From positions 25,262-89,261 of the forward strand of contig CAVWLI010000017.1 in NCBI GenBank assembly GCA_963755795.1: a DNA stretch of 64,000 bases, read 5' to 3'. Origin of the DNA: an uncultured Acidobacteriota bacterium. GTDB taxonomy: Bacteria; Acidobacteriota; Terriglobia; Terriglobales; Acidobacteriaceae. Both the position numbers and the translations under genes were made by a program. Of this stretch, positions 1-9,213 are shown piece after piece (within the stretch, counting starts at the first letter, position 1; each line of letters opens with the position of its first letter). Below the pieces are notes generated by a model that did no database searches, was not told the DNA's origin, and saw only the letters and a list, made by a program, of their open reading frames with translations.

Positions 1-266
1 ACATCCGGTTCGTTCTTCTTCGGGTCTTCCTTCTTCGTATCTTGGACCGGGGTGTTTTGACCCTGAGGGTTCTGGGCAGCGGGCTGGTCTCCGGGTTTAT
101 GCTGCCCCGAAGAACTGGCCGTGGGGGGATTGGCCGCGGACGGTTGGGCGGATTGGGCTGGGTCTGATGTTTGAGTATCCGTGGCGCTTTGACCTGCGCA
201 AAAAACGGCAGCGCATAAGATCGACAAAGTCAGCAGGCCTACGCGCGCTAAATAGCTCAGTTTCAA
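1..266 (-). CDS. Partial CDS (first 88 codons, continues past the window start): secreted low-complexity Q/P/A/T-rich protein
   Basis: Hand translation of the minus strand from TTG at 266 gives LKLSYLARVGLLTLSILCAAVFCAGQSATDTQTSDPAQSAQPSAANPP..., open to position 1. The N-terminus looks like a signal peptide. It is absent from the ORF track because it is cut by the window edge. Start choice among several in-frame TTGs is uncertain. Confidence 0.45.
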   Translation of the reverse strand, partial: MKLSYLARVGLLTLSILCAAVFCAGQSATDTQTSDPAQSAQPSAANPPTASSSGQHKPGDQPAAQNPQGQNTPVQDTKKEDPKKNEPD

Positions 267-287
267 ATTCAAATTCAAATTCAAATT
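264..287. repeat. Hexanucleotide tandem repeat (CAAATT)x4
   Basis: Read directly: tttCAAATTCAAATTCAAATTCAAATTgat. It overlaps the putative start region of the minus-strand secreted protein. Confidence 0.95.
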
Positions 288-789
288 GATGATGGCTCCA
301 GTTCCATTTGATTGACATGTGGCCAAGGCGATCTTGCGGGTCTAGTGTTCGCAGCCCATTCTCCGCAAACAGACTCCGCTCCCCTGCCAGCATGCCAGCC
401 TCTGTAGTTGCTGAGATTCAACGAATCGTCCGCCAGACTCGATAATTCAGTTCTCACTTACTCCAGGATGATTTCCGCGCCCCGATTGCGTCACAAGCGA
501 AGGACCTTCTCTCACTCTACCAGTAAGATGCAGTTGGGAGCGAGCAGGTCGCTACCCCGGTGCTGTAACTGATACACGCTACCGGCCAAGCGTTCTCAAA
601 GGAACAGCAGCGCGGCCGCCTCGCAGAGTAACCCCTGAATCCCGCGGATTAGCGACGAAATTGCAAGCCCCGCCCTACCGCTGTGACTGCGATCACAGCA
701 TAGTCGACGTGCTCTCCCTAATATCTCCCTCAGTCGTAGAGCTTTGCAGAAACCCAGGTACAGCCTGGACCGCTCGACGGGGAGACGCT

Positions 790-3234
790 ATGAAATGGAT
801 CTTGGCGGCGCTAACCGCCGCCGTGCTTGCGGTTGGGCTATATGCCAGCGCCCCGCCCTCGTCTGTCAGCCCAATCATCGTCGACTATCCGTCGCAGGGA
901 TCCGTGTTTCCTCCCGACATTATCGCTCCAACGTTCCAGTGGCGCGATGCCGAACCGGCTGCCACGGTGTGGCGGGTTGACATAACATTCGCCGACCGCT
1001 CGCACAGTCTCCAGTTGTGGTCTCAGGGTGAGAAGATGAAGCTCGGCGAACTCGACACCAGCCTGTCCGGCTACGTTTCGCCCACGCTTACTCCCGAGCA
1101 GCAAGCCGCGCACACCTGGCAGCCGGATGCCAGGACTTGGTCCGAAATCAAGAAGCACTCCGTCAAGGGACCAGCCACCGTCACCCTCACCGGGCTTCGC
1201 AGTAAGGATGCGGTCGAGTCCGTATCGAGCGGCCAAGTCAATCTTCAAACCTCCAAAGACCCCGTCGGGGCTCCGATTTTCTACCGCGATGTTCCTCTCA
1301 TCCCATCGCCGCCGGAACTAGGCGAGCGCGGGGTCATCAAGCCGCTGCCCGATTCCGTCTTGCCCAAAATCAAGTGGCGCTTGCGCTACGTGTCCAGTCC
1401 TGAAAACAAAGTCGTGATGACGGGGCTGCCGACCTGCGCCAACTGCCATTCCATTGCGCGCGACGGCAAGACGCTGGGCATCGACGTGGACGGGCCGCAG
1501 AACGACAAAGGACTCTACGGGCTCATTCCCATCCATAAAGTCAGTTCCATCAGCAACGATTACGTCATCCACTGGAGTGCGTTCAGCGACAAACTGGCAC
1601 AGAAGCGCTACGGCTTCATGTCGCAAGTTTCACCAGATGGCAAGTACGTCGTCAACTCGATTGAAGTACCAGGCGATCGCGGAAGGCGAGTAGTCGACCG
1701 GCTTTACAACGGCTTTTATAAAGACTACGGCTTCGGTCAGGTCTTCTTTCCCACGCGCGGCGTGCTGGCCTGGTACAGCCGCGAGACCGGGAAGTTACAG
1801 GTCTTGCCCGGAGCCGATGACCCAAACTACGTGCAGACCAGCGCCTTCTGGAGTCCCGACGGCAAATATCTTGTCTACTCGCGCGGCGTCGCGAAAGATC
1901 CTTATGAGACAGGCCGTCCGCGCGCCCTCTACGCCAACGATCCCAACGAGACCCAGATGCAGTACGACCTCTACCGCATCCCGTTCAATGACGGCAAAGG
2001 CGGCAAGGCAGAGCGCGTTGTCGGCGCCTCCGAAAATGGGATGAGCAACAACTTCCCTAAAGTCTCTCCCGACGGCAAATGGCTCGTCTTCGTCCGCAAT
2101 AAGAACGGGCTCTTGATGCGTCCCGACAGCCGCCTGTACATCGTGCCCTTCGAAGGTGGAAAAGAACGTCCGCTGGGCTGCAATCTGAAACGTATGAACT
2201 CGTGGCACAGTTGGTCGCCCAACGGCCGCTGGCTGGTCTTCTCGTCGAAGACTCCGTCTCTCTACACTCAGATGTATCTCACTCACATCGATGAGAATGG
2301 AAATGACACGCCCGCGATTCTCATCGAACATGCAACCGAGTCGAACCGCGCCGTGAACATTCCCGAATTCATGAACATCGCTCCCGGCGGCCTGGAAAAA
2401 ATTGACGCCCCTGCCACCGAGTTCTACCGCCTGTTCGACGTCGCCGTGCAACTGACCGACAAGAAACAGTATGACGCGGCGGTTCCCGCCTGGAAGCAGG
2501 CGCTGGCGCTGGCTCCGGAAGATCCGCGCGGACACGACAACCTGGGGACGGCCTTGGTCGCGACCGGAAAGTTCGCCGAAGCCATCGCGGAATACCGGAA
2601 ATCGGTCGAACTCAATCCTGCGAGTTCGCAAACTCACAACAACCTGGGAAGCGCGCTGGCGGAAATGGGCAGGATCGACGAAGCGGTTCCTGAATTCGAA
2701 AAAGCGGTCGAACTAAACCCAGACAACGGAGCCGCCCACGTCAATCTCGGCGACGCCTTGGCCGCCAAGAGCGGCCGTCTGGATGAGGCGATTCAGCAGT
2801 TGTATAAAGGCATCGAGCTGCAACCCGAATCGTCCAGTGCACAGAACGGCCTTGGAGTCGCGTTGGCCCGCTCCGGCAGGCTCGATGATGCCGTGCTGCA
2901 CCTGGAGAAAGCCGTCACTCTCGCTCCCCAAGCCGTTGACTATCGCTACAACTTCGGACGCGTTCTGGCCGCAAAAGGCGCGCTTCCGGAGGCGGTCGTC
3001 CAGTTCGAAGAAGCGGCCAAGCTTTCCGGAATGCAAGAGCCCGCAATTCTCGAAATGCTGGCGGCCACTTATTCCGATACTGGACGTTACTCCCAGGCCG
3101 TGGCCACCGCGCGTCGCGCCCTGGACTTGGCGACCCAGCAGAAGAATGACCGATTAGTGGCGCGGCTGAAGGCCAGTCTGCCTCGCTACGAAGGGCTGGC
3201 GCAAAGCGGGCAGGTGCCCGGCGAAACTCCCTAG
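790..3234 (+). CDS. Secreted multidomain protein: N-terminal domain with one CxxCH, TolB/WD40-like beta-propeller, C-terminal TPR array
   Basis: ORF 661..3234. The in-frame ATG at 790 gives the signal peptide MKWILAALTAAVLAVGLYASA. There is a single TCANCHS motif, repeated SPDGK(Y/W)LV blades typical of TolB-like propellers, and 6-7 TPR-like repeats in the last ~270 aa. Confidence 0.8.
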   Translation: MKWILAALTAAVLAVGLYASAPPSSVSPIIVDYPSQGSVFPPDIIAPTFQWRDAEPAATVWRVDITFADRSHSLQLWSQGEKMKLGELDTSLSGYVSPTLTPEQQAAHTWQPDARTWSEIKKHSVKGPATVTLTGLRSKDAVESVSSGQVNLQTSKDPVGAPIFYRDVPLIPSPPELGERGVIKPLPDSVLPKIKWRLRYVSSPENKVVMTGLPTCANCHSIARDGKTLGIDVDGPQNDKGLYGLIPIHKVSSISNDYVIHWSAFSDKLAQKRYGFMSQVSPDGKYVVNSIEVPGDRGRRVVDRLYNGFYKDYGFGQVFFPTRGVLAWYSRETGKLQVLPGADDPNYVQTSAFWSPDGKYLVYSRGVAKDPYETGRPRALYANDPNETQMQYDLYRIPFNDGKGGKAERVVGASENGMSNNFPKVSPDGKWLVFVRNKNGLLMRPDSRLYIVPFEGGKERPLGCNLKRMNSWHSWSPNGRWLVFSSKTPSLYTQMYLTHIDENGNDTPAILIEHATESNRAVNIPEFMNIAPGGLEKIDAPATEFYRLFDVAVQLTDKKQYDAAVPAWKQALALAPEDPRGHDNLGTALVATGKFAEAIAEYRKSVELNPASSQTHNNLGSALAEMGRIDEAVPEFEKAVELNPDNGAAHVNLGDALAAKSGRLDEAIQQLYKGIELQPESSSAQNGLGVALARSGRLDDAVLHLEKAVTLAPQAVDYRYNFGRVLAAKGALPEAVVQFEEAAKLSGMQEPAILEMLAATYSDTGRYSQAVATARRALDLATQQKNDRLVARLKASLPRYEGLAQSGQVPGETP

Positions 3235-3251
3235 CAGGACCGCCGAGCCCA

Positions 3252-3818
3252 TTACATCGTCCGTCTGGGCTCAAACGGGCGGTCGACAACCAGTTCGGGA
3301 TGCAGGCGGCGGAAGGTCTCCGTCACGTGGCAGTTCCAGCAGACCGGTCGGTGTGTGGCGAAGACGTCCGGAAGTTGCTCGGGGCGAAATTCCCTCCACT
3401 CCGCAGTCCTCGAATCCGGCCCTAGCAGCGCGGGCGCGTGATCGAGATGATGCAAAGAGCCGATCGGCTTGTGGCAAAACGCGCAGCTCTTCCCTTCGTA
3501 CCACTGCGCCACGATATTCCACACCAGACAGTTTTCCGGACCGATCTCGATCTGCTGCAGGCATTCCTGGCCGCAGTTCCGGCGTTCCGGCCAGCGCGAG
3601 CATTCTTTCAGCCGAAGCGTCGGCTCCGAGAGGAACGCTCCCACGGCCGCTTCTCCGGCGGCCACGTCGACGGCCGCAGGCTGGTGGGTCTCCGGGCACG
3701 TGATCAGACGCCTTCCCCGATAATCAAAGTAGGCGCGGATGCCTGGAATGGCGCGAAAAACAAAGAGGCCGCCCGCCAGCACCACCACGACCAACGTAAC
3801 GAACATTGTGACCGTCAT
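3252..3818 (-). CDS. Single-pass membrane-anchored Cys-rich protein with two CxxCH motifs
   Basis: The N-terminal TM segment is MTVTMFVTLVVVVLAGGLFVF. There are 11 Cys including CAFCHK and CWNCHV. I recognise no family. Confidence 0.6.
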   Translation of the reverse strand: MTVTMFVTLVVVVLAGGLFVFRAIPGIRAYFDYRGRRLITCPETHQPAAVDVAAGEAAVGAFLSEPTLRLKECSRWPERRNCGQECLQQIEIGPENCLVWNIVAQWYEGKSCAFCHKPIGSLHHLDHAPALLGPDSRTAEWREFRPEQLPDVFATHRPVCWNCHVTETFRRLHPELVVDRPFEPRRTM

Positions 3819-3967
3819 CAGCTCACCTCCCGTAACCGCTCTCAGCTTTCAGCCGTCAGCCAAGGCCCGAGTCGGCAGACTCTGGGCACTTACAGCATGA
3901 GCGCGATGCACCAATCTCGCGGTGCCGCGCGTCACCGGAAAATGTGATTGAGGTCACAACGGGAGAC

Positions 3968-5212
3968 TTATCGGGTCAAATAGGCAGAGCGCAATTGCAT
4001 CTTCACAGCGACCGACAAGCGCCGGATCCCCTCGCGAATCTGCTCAGGCTGTGAATGCGAGAAGTTCAGCCGCATGTGGCGGCCGCCCTCATGGCCGTTA
4101 TCGGCGTAGAAGCACTCGCCCGGAACAAACGCCACGTTTTCCGCCAGCGCTGCGCGGAACAGCACCTGCGAGTCCGTCCCTTCGGGCATGGTCACCCAGA
4201 GAAACAACCCGCCCGTGGGATGAGTCCAGGTCACTTCATGCGGGAAATATTCGTGCAACGCCTGCAGCATGGCGTCGCGGCGCTCGCGATAGACTTGCCG
4301 AACCAACTTGACGTGCTGGTCGAGAAAGCCGTCGCGCGCAACTTCATATGCCACATACTGATTGAACGTCGATGTGTGCAGGTCGGCGGCTTGCTTCAGT
4401 TGCACCAGCTTGCTGATCACGTCTTCGGGCGCAACAATCCACGCCAGCCGGATTCCCGGCGCCAGCGTTTTCGAGAATGTGCTCAGGTAAATCACGTTCC
4501 CTAGAGTGAAGCCGTTGTCGCGCCGCAGGTTTTCGCGGTCGAGCACCACCAGCGGCGGAATATGCTCGCCTTCGTACCGCAACTTCCCGTATGGATCATC
4601 CTCTACAATGGGAATGCCGTACTTGTCCGCCAGCACGATCAGTTGGTGGCGACGTCCTTCGGACAGCGTGACCCCCGCTGGGTTCTGGAAGTTCGGCAGC
4701 ACGTACACGAACTTCACGCCGGAGCGGATGCAAGGTTCCAGTTGTTCGGTCAATAATCCATCGTCATCGACCGGAACCGAAACATACTGCGCTCCATAAA
4801 CATTGAAAGCCTGCAAAGCGCCCAGGTAGGTAGGGGCCTCGACCAAAACGCGGTCGCCGCGATTGATCAGCAGCTTGCCGATCAGGTCGAGCGCCTGTTG
4901 TGAGCCGGATGTGATCAGCACGTTCTCGGCGCTGGCGACAATGCCGTAGCGGGCAATGTTGCGCGCGATCATCTCGCGCAGCGGCTCGTAACCTTCCGTA
5001 GCCCCGTACTGCAAAGCCTGCGCTCCGTCTTCGGTGAGGACTTTGTGGCAGGCTTCTTCGAACCTCTTCACCGGAAAAACGTCGGGAGCCGGCAAGCCTC
5101 CGCCGAATGAAATCATTTCCGGCTTCTGCGTCACCTTCAGAAGTTCACGGATTGCCGAGCTTTTGATCCCCAGCGTTCGCTGCGCGTACCGCGACTTCCA
5201 AAGCGTCGACAT
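3968..5212 (-). CDS. PLP-dependent aminotransferase, fold type I (LysN / 2-aminoadipate-type or MocR-effector-like)
   Basis: ORF 3968..5233 with a likely ATG at 5212 (MSTLWKSRYAQR). Motifs are SSAIRELL, NFQNPAGV and STFSKTLAPGIRLAW (Schiff-base Lys context). Confidence 0.85.
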   Translation of the reverse strand: MSTLWKSRYAQRTLGIKSSAIRELLKVTQKPEMISFGGGLPAPDVFPVKRFEEACHKVLTEDGAQALQYGATEGYEPLREMIARNIARYGIVASAENVLITSGSQQALDLIGKLLINRGDRVLVEAPTYLGALQAFNVYGAQYVSVPVDDDGLLTEQLEPCIRSGVKFVYVLPNFQNPAGVTLSEGRRHQLIVLADKYGIPIVEDDPYGKLRYEGEHIPPLVVLDRENLRRDNGFTLGNVIYLSTFSKTLAPGIRLAWIVAPEDVISKLVQLKQAADLHTSTFNQYVAYEVARDGFLDQHVKLVRQVYRERRDAMLQALHEYFPHEVTWTHPTGGLFLWVTMPEGTDSQVLFRAALAENVAFVPGECFYADNGHEGGRHMRLNFSHSQPEQIREGIRRLSVAVKMQLRSAYLTR

Positions 5213-5272
5213 GCGCGGATTCCTCCTGTACAACGCTCTCCTGAATCGGATTCGCTCCCGCCCGCAAGTCTC

Positions 5273-7585
5273 TTAGTCTTCGCCCACCAGTTCGGGCTCA
5301 ACCGAAACGTGAACCTGCGGATGCGCGTACGTATCATTTTCCTGCGCATCCACCACCGCAATCGCCGCCACGTTCACCACGACTTCCACGGTCGCAGTAC
5401 GTTGCAGCACATGCACCGGCCGGCTCATCCCCATCAGGATCGGGCCGATGAGTTCTCCGCCGCCGATCTTCGACACCAGCTTGGTCGCAATGTTAGCCGA
5501 GGCCAGGTCAGGGAAAATAAGCACGTTGGCCCCGCCCTTCAGCGAGCTGAACGGATACTGCTCTTCAATGATCTCTGGAGAAAGCGCCTCGTCGGCCATA
5601 ATCTCTCCGTCGACCACCAGCGTCGGATCGGCAAATTTAATCAGTTCCACCGCCTTGCGCACTTTGGTGCAAATGGGGTGGTCCACGCCGCCGAAGCTCG
5701 AGAAGCACAGCATCGCCACTCGTGGGATCACGTCGAAGCGGCGCGCCATGTGCGCCGTGCACAGCGCAATCTCCACCAGGTCTTCGGCCGTCGGCTCGAT
5801 GTTCACGCTGGCGTCAGCGAGGAAAAACACTTCGCCTTTGCGCGTGATGACGGCATAGCATCCGGAGGCACGGTGCAGACCCTCGCGCATGCGAACAATC
5901 TGCAGCGCCGGACGAATGGTGTCGGCAAAATGCTGGGTCACGCCGGAAACCAGCGCGTCCGCGTCGCCCATGTGCACCATCATCGAGCCAAACACGTTGC
6001 GATTATTGATGAGCGTCTCGGCCTCTTGCAGCGTGACTCCGCGCCGCTGCCGCAGCCGGAACAACTCCTGCACATAAGCTTCGTGATGATCGGACGCCGC
6101 CGGATCCACAATCTTCATACCTTCAAGATCCACCCCGAACTCCTGGGCTCGAGTCTGAATCTTGGCGGGATCTCCAAGAAGAATCGGATACCCGATTTTT
6201 TCTTCGACCAGCACCCGGCAGGCGCGCAGAATTTTCTCGTTGTCGCCCTCCGGAAACACAACCTGCTTGGGATTGGCCTGCGCTTTGTGAATCATGGTGC
6301 GCGAGACTTCGTAGGCCTTACCCAACCGGCGTTCGAGTTGTGCGCGGTAAGTGTTGAGATCGACTGGCTCCTGCGCCACTCCACTGCGCATCGCCGCTTC
6401 AGCGACGGCCGACGCCTCCCACATCAGCACTCGCGGATCGAACGGCTTCGGAATCAGATACTCGCGGCCAAACTGCAGGTGGGGCACACCGTAGGCTCGG
6501 CAAACCGAATCGGGAATATCCTCTTTGGCAAGATCGGCCAGCGCGTGCGTGGCCGCCAGCTTCATCTCTTCGTTGATGGCCGTAGCGCGCACGTCAAGCG
6601 CCCCGCGAAAAATGAACGGGAAGCCCAGAACATTGTTGACCTGGTTCGGATAATCCGAACGCCCAGTCGCAATGATGACGTCGTGACGAGCGGCCTTGGC
6701 TTCTTCGTAAGTAATCTCAGGGTCGGGATTGGCCATGGCAAACACGATCGGGTCAACCGCCATGGAGCGCACCATCTCCTGATTGATTGCGCCTTTCACC
6801 GAAAGTCCCGCGAACACATCGGCACCGGCCAGAGCCTCGGCGAGCGTGCGCAGCGGCGTATCTTGCGCGAAGCGCTCTTTATATTTGTTCATGCCATCCT
6901 TGCGCCCCTTGTAGACAACGCCCTTAGTGTCGCAGAGGACGATGTTCTCGCGCAGCACCCCCAGCCGGACATAATGCTCGGCACAGGCAATGCCGGCCGC
7001 TCCAGCTCCATTGAAAACGACACGTACTTTGCTGATATCTTTGCCCACGACTTCGAGCGCGTTCAGCAGCGCCGCGCCCGAGATGATCGCCGTCCCGTGC
7101 TGGTCGTCGTGGAAAACGGGAATCTTCATCGTCTTGCGAAGCTCCTCTTCGATTTGGAAACAGTCGGGAGCTTTGATGTCTTCGAGATTGATGCCGCCGA
7201 ACGTAGGCTCGAGCAACTGGCAGAGCTTGATAATCTCTTCCGGATTTTTGCTGTTGACTTCAATGTCGAACACGTCCACATCGGCAAAGCGTTTGAACAG
7301 CACGGCCTTGCCTTCCATCACCGGCTTGCCGGCGAGGGCTCCGATGTCGCCCAACCCAAGCACCGCCGTTCCGTTGCTCACGACCCCGACTAGGTTGCCG
7401 CGGCCCGTGTATTTATAAGCGTCCTGCGGATTTTTCTGAATTTCCAGGCAAGGCTCGGCCACGCCCGGCGTGTACGCCAGACTGAGATCGCGCTGCGTCC
7501 GGCAGGGCTTGGTGGGAGTGACTTCAATCTTTCCCGGGCGAGACCCGTTGTGGTAATCAAGCGCCTGTTGCTTGCTGATCAACAT
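5273..7585 (-). CDS. maeB: NADP-dependent malic enzyme with C-terminal phosphotransacetylase-like domain
   Basis: 770 aa. Contains [25 protein letters not shown] and the [10 protein letters not shown] dinucleotide site, followed by a PTA-like C-terminal half. This is the classic MaeB architecture. GGGAGG lies upstream of the ATG. Confidence 0.95.
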   Translation of the reverse strand: MLISKQQALDYHNGSRPGKIEVTPTKPCRTQRDLSLAYTPGVAEPCLEIQKNPQDAYKYTGRGNLVGVVSNGTAVLGLGDIGALAGKPVMEGKAVLFKRFADVDVFDIEVNSKNPEEIIKLCQLLEPTFGGINLEDIKAPDCFQIEEELRKTMKIPVFHDDQHGTAIISGAALLNALEVVGKDISKVRVVFNGAGAAGIACAEHYVRLGVLRENIVLCDTKGVVYKGRKDGMNKYKERFAQDTPLRTLAEALAGADVFAGLSVKGAINQEMVRSMAVDPIVFAMANPDPEITYEEAKAARHDVIIATGRSDYPNQVNNVLGFPFIFRGALDVRATAINEEMKLAATHALADLAKEDIPDSVCRAYGVPHLQFGREYLIPKPFDPRVLMWEASAVAEAAMRSGVAQEPVDLNTYRAQLERRLGKAYEVSRTMIHKAQANPKQVVFPEGDNEKILRACRVLVEEKIGYPILLGDPAKIQTRAQEFGVDLEGMKIVDPAASDHHEAYVQELFRLRQRRGVTLQEAETLINNRNVFGSMMVHMGDADALVSGVTQHFADTIRPALQIVRMREGLHRASGCYAVITRKGEVFFLADASVNIEPTAEDLVEIALCTAHMARRFDVIPRVAMLCFSSFGGVDHPICTKVRKAVELIKFADPTLVVDGEIMADEALSPEIIEEQYPFSSLKGGANVLIFPDLASANIATKLVSKIGGGELIGPILMGMSRPVHVLQRTATVEVVVNVAAIAVVDAQENDTYAHPQVHVSVEPELVGED

Positions 7586-7595
7586 AATTTCCTCC

Positions 7596-7631
7596 CTACG
7601 GATTCCGTAGAGACGCAGCTTGCTGCGTCTC
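7596..7631. repeat. Two adjacent palindromes (CTACGGAtTCCGTAG and GAGACGCAGCttGCTGCGTCTC), REP-like
   Basis: Read directly in the 72-bp spacer between the stop of the 7658..7909 ORF and the maeB start. Confidence 0.7.
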
Positions 7632-7657
7632 CTCGCCCGTGCACACCACGGGGCGAA

Positions 7658-7909
7658 CTACTCCTTCGGGCTTCGCCGCCACATGGGCACACACGGATTC
7701 CAGCCGTGAACGTCCTTTTGGAAGTCACGACCCGCCTGCGCCGCGCCCACGCTCGAAAGTTCCTCCACCGGGGACTTGAGTAATTCCGTGATGTACCGTT
7801 CGACCTGCTCGCGCAGCCGCGGATTTCTCAATGCGTCCAGCAGTTCAGCCTTCTCAATATGGGTGAATCCACCGCACAGCGGACACTTAACCACGTCGTC
7901 ATTCACCAT
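7658..7909 (-). CDS. Small hypothetical protein with CPLCGG knuckle
   Basis: 83-aa ORF with plausible globular composition. No family recognised. Confidence 0.4.
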   Translation of the reverse strand: MVNDDVVKCPLCGGFTHIEKAELLDALRNPRLREQVERYITELLKSPVEELSSVGAAQAGRDFQKDVHGWNPCVPMWRRSPKE

Positions 7910-8218
7910 TGCCGGCCTCTTTTGTCGGGGAGTAGTGCGAAGAACTGCTGTCCCCAGCGCGTTCTCTCCGCACCTCCATTAGAGAACGGGGCCTCCTCGT
8001 GGGCAGTGACAAGGGTCGCTCGGGATTGTGATCGTAGTCACACACTGCTTTGGCTGATTCCACCGTTGAGAACGCATTGATTCACGGCACGAGCAAATAC
8101 TTAGCCGAGCCGCTCGGCTCGAAACTCAAACTCGTGTCAAGCGGCGTCGCGCCAACGTAAATGACGGGCGTAACCAGACGCGATCTAAAGTTCTCTCCAA
8201 GAGGCCGATGTAGTTGGC

Positions 8219-9193
8219 GTGGCGACATCTCTACCTCGTCGGCGTCCCTGGCCCCTGCTCGCGCTTTCGCTATTTTGTAGCGGAATTTCCACGGGATTGG
8301 CGGCCGATTCCGCCGATTTCACTTTTCGTGCGAAAGTCACCGAAGTCCGAATTAATTTTTCTGCCACTGACCAAAACAATCACGCTGTAGCCACTTTGCA
8401 GGCCAGCGATTTCGCGGTCGTGGACAAAGATGTGTTCGTCCGCAATTTTCAAAGCTTTACCCGCTCCGACTCGCCTAAGTTGGAAATAGCCATTCTGGCC
8501 GATGCCAGCGAATCCGTCACCGCCCACTTCCGCCAGGAAATGGCCGACGTCGCAGAACTCGTTTCCCAAACCGCGGGTGAGCCGGACGCTGGTGTACCCG
8601 ACACTGGTGTGCCCGACGCTGGACTGCCGCACGCTGGACTGCCGGACGCGAACCTTTCCACCTTCACTTTCCGTGGTGTCGAACCCGTTCTGCTTTGCGC
8701 CGGAGACTGTCGCACCTCCCACGCCGCTGAGCAACTTCCGGCCGCGGGGGCCCGTGGGCTGACGCCGCTCTACGACTCCATCCTGTTCGCGGCGAACTTT
8801 CTTTCCACTCATGGCGACGCCAACGCCAGCAAAGTCCTGATCGTGTTCTCGGACGGCTCCGATACCATCAGCCACAACTCCCTCGACGATGCCGTCGAAA
8901 CCTCGCTCCGAAGTGATGTCCAGCTGGATTGCATCGACCAGAACAACCCCCGGGATTCCTCGCCTGGCACCGCGGTTCTGCGCACTCTTGCCAGCGCTAC
9001 CGGAGGCCGTTACTTTCCGCCGAACCAGGCCGGTCACGCCCTGCAAGTAATTCTTGAAGACTCTCGGGCAAGTTACACGGTTAGCTACCGGATGCCGAGC
9101 CAAGTCCCCGGATTCCATACCGTCCGGATTCTTCCCACCCACAACCTCAACCTGCAATTTCGCAGCCGAAGCGGATATTTCTATCCAAACTAA
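8219..9193 (+). CDS. Secreted von Willebrand factor A (VWA) domain protein
   Basis: GTG start and a signal-like N-terminus (PWPLLALSLFCSGISTGLAA). It has a DxSxS-like MIDAS (ILADASESV) and the block LIVFSDGSDTIS. It resembles the VWFA-related family common in Acidobacteria (from memory). Confidence 0.8.
   Translation: MATSLPRRRPWPLLALSLFCSGISTGLAADSADFTFRAKVTEVRINFSATDQNNHAVATLQASDFAVVDKDVFVRNFQSFTRSDSPKLEIAILADASESVTAHFRQEMADVAELVSQTAGEPDAGVPDTGVPDAGLPHAGLPDANLSTFTFRGVEPVLLCAGDCRTSHAAEQLPAAGARGLTPLYDSILFAANFLSTHGDANASKVLIVFSDGSDTISHNSLDDAVETSLRSDVQLDCIDQNNPRDSSPGTAVLRTLASATGGRYFPPNQAGHALQVILEDSRASYTVSYRMPSQVPGFHTVRILPTHNLNLQFRSRSGYFYPN
8582..8656 (+). repeat. Five tandem 15-bp units encoding PDAGV/PDTGV/PDAGL/PHAGL/PDANL inside the VWA gene
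   Basis: Codon arithmetic from 8219 places residues P122-L146 here. The units read ccggacgctggtgta / cccgacactggtgtg / cccgacgctggactg / ccgcacgctggactg / ccggacgcgaacctt. Confidence 0.95.
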
Positions 9194-9213
9194 ACTCGGT
9201 TACTGGGAGCTCT

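Noticed and set aside
97-393. 98-aa minus-strand ORF containing an FEFEFEFE stretch
   Set aside because: The FE repeat is only the hexanucleotide repeat read in this frame. A different minus-strand frame gives a convincing signal peptide and stays open to the window edge, so that frame is preferred.
661-789. N-terminal extensions of track ORFs (661-789, 18136-18342, 21092-21169, 23458-23493, 25161-25229, 26673-26741, 26877-27134, 38177-38266, 39623-39691, 43735-43791, 44649-44726, 44807-44968, 50867-51028, 58171-58287)
   Set aside because: In each case an internal start gives a canonical signal peptide or family N-terminus, often with an SD-like sequence. The upstream extension is Arg-rich or overlaps the neighbouring gene or regulatory DNA.
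5309-7393. 694-aa plus-strand ORF covering most of the maeB locus
   Set aside because: It is antisense to an unmistakable maeB. The translation is Arg/His/Gly/Ala-rich low-complexity sequence typical of shadow ORFs in GC-rich DNA.
8582-8656. Short tandem repeats (also 18046-18105, 38221-38255 and 51883-51999) considered as CRISPR arrays
   Set aside because: The units are 7-16 nt and contiguous or near-contiguous with no unique spacers, and no cas genes are present. They are not CRISPR.
8270-9157. 295-aa minus-strand ORF opposite the VWA gene. Similar antisense ORFs occur at 10139-10996, 21449-22324, 22528-23388, 38783-39445, 41500-42264, 43812-44681, 50175-50903, 52158-52904, 53966-54829, 56388-57236 and 60672-61349
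   Set aside because: All lie opposite genes with strong family signatures and have biased Arg/Gly/Val composition. They are treated as non-coding shadows.
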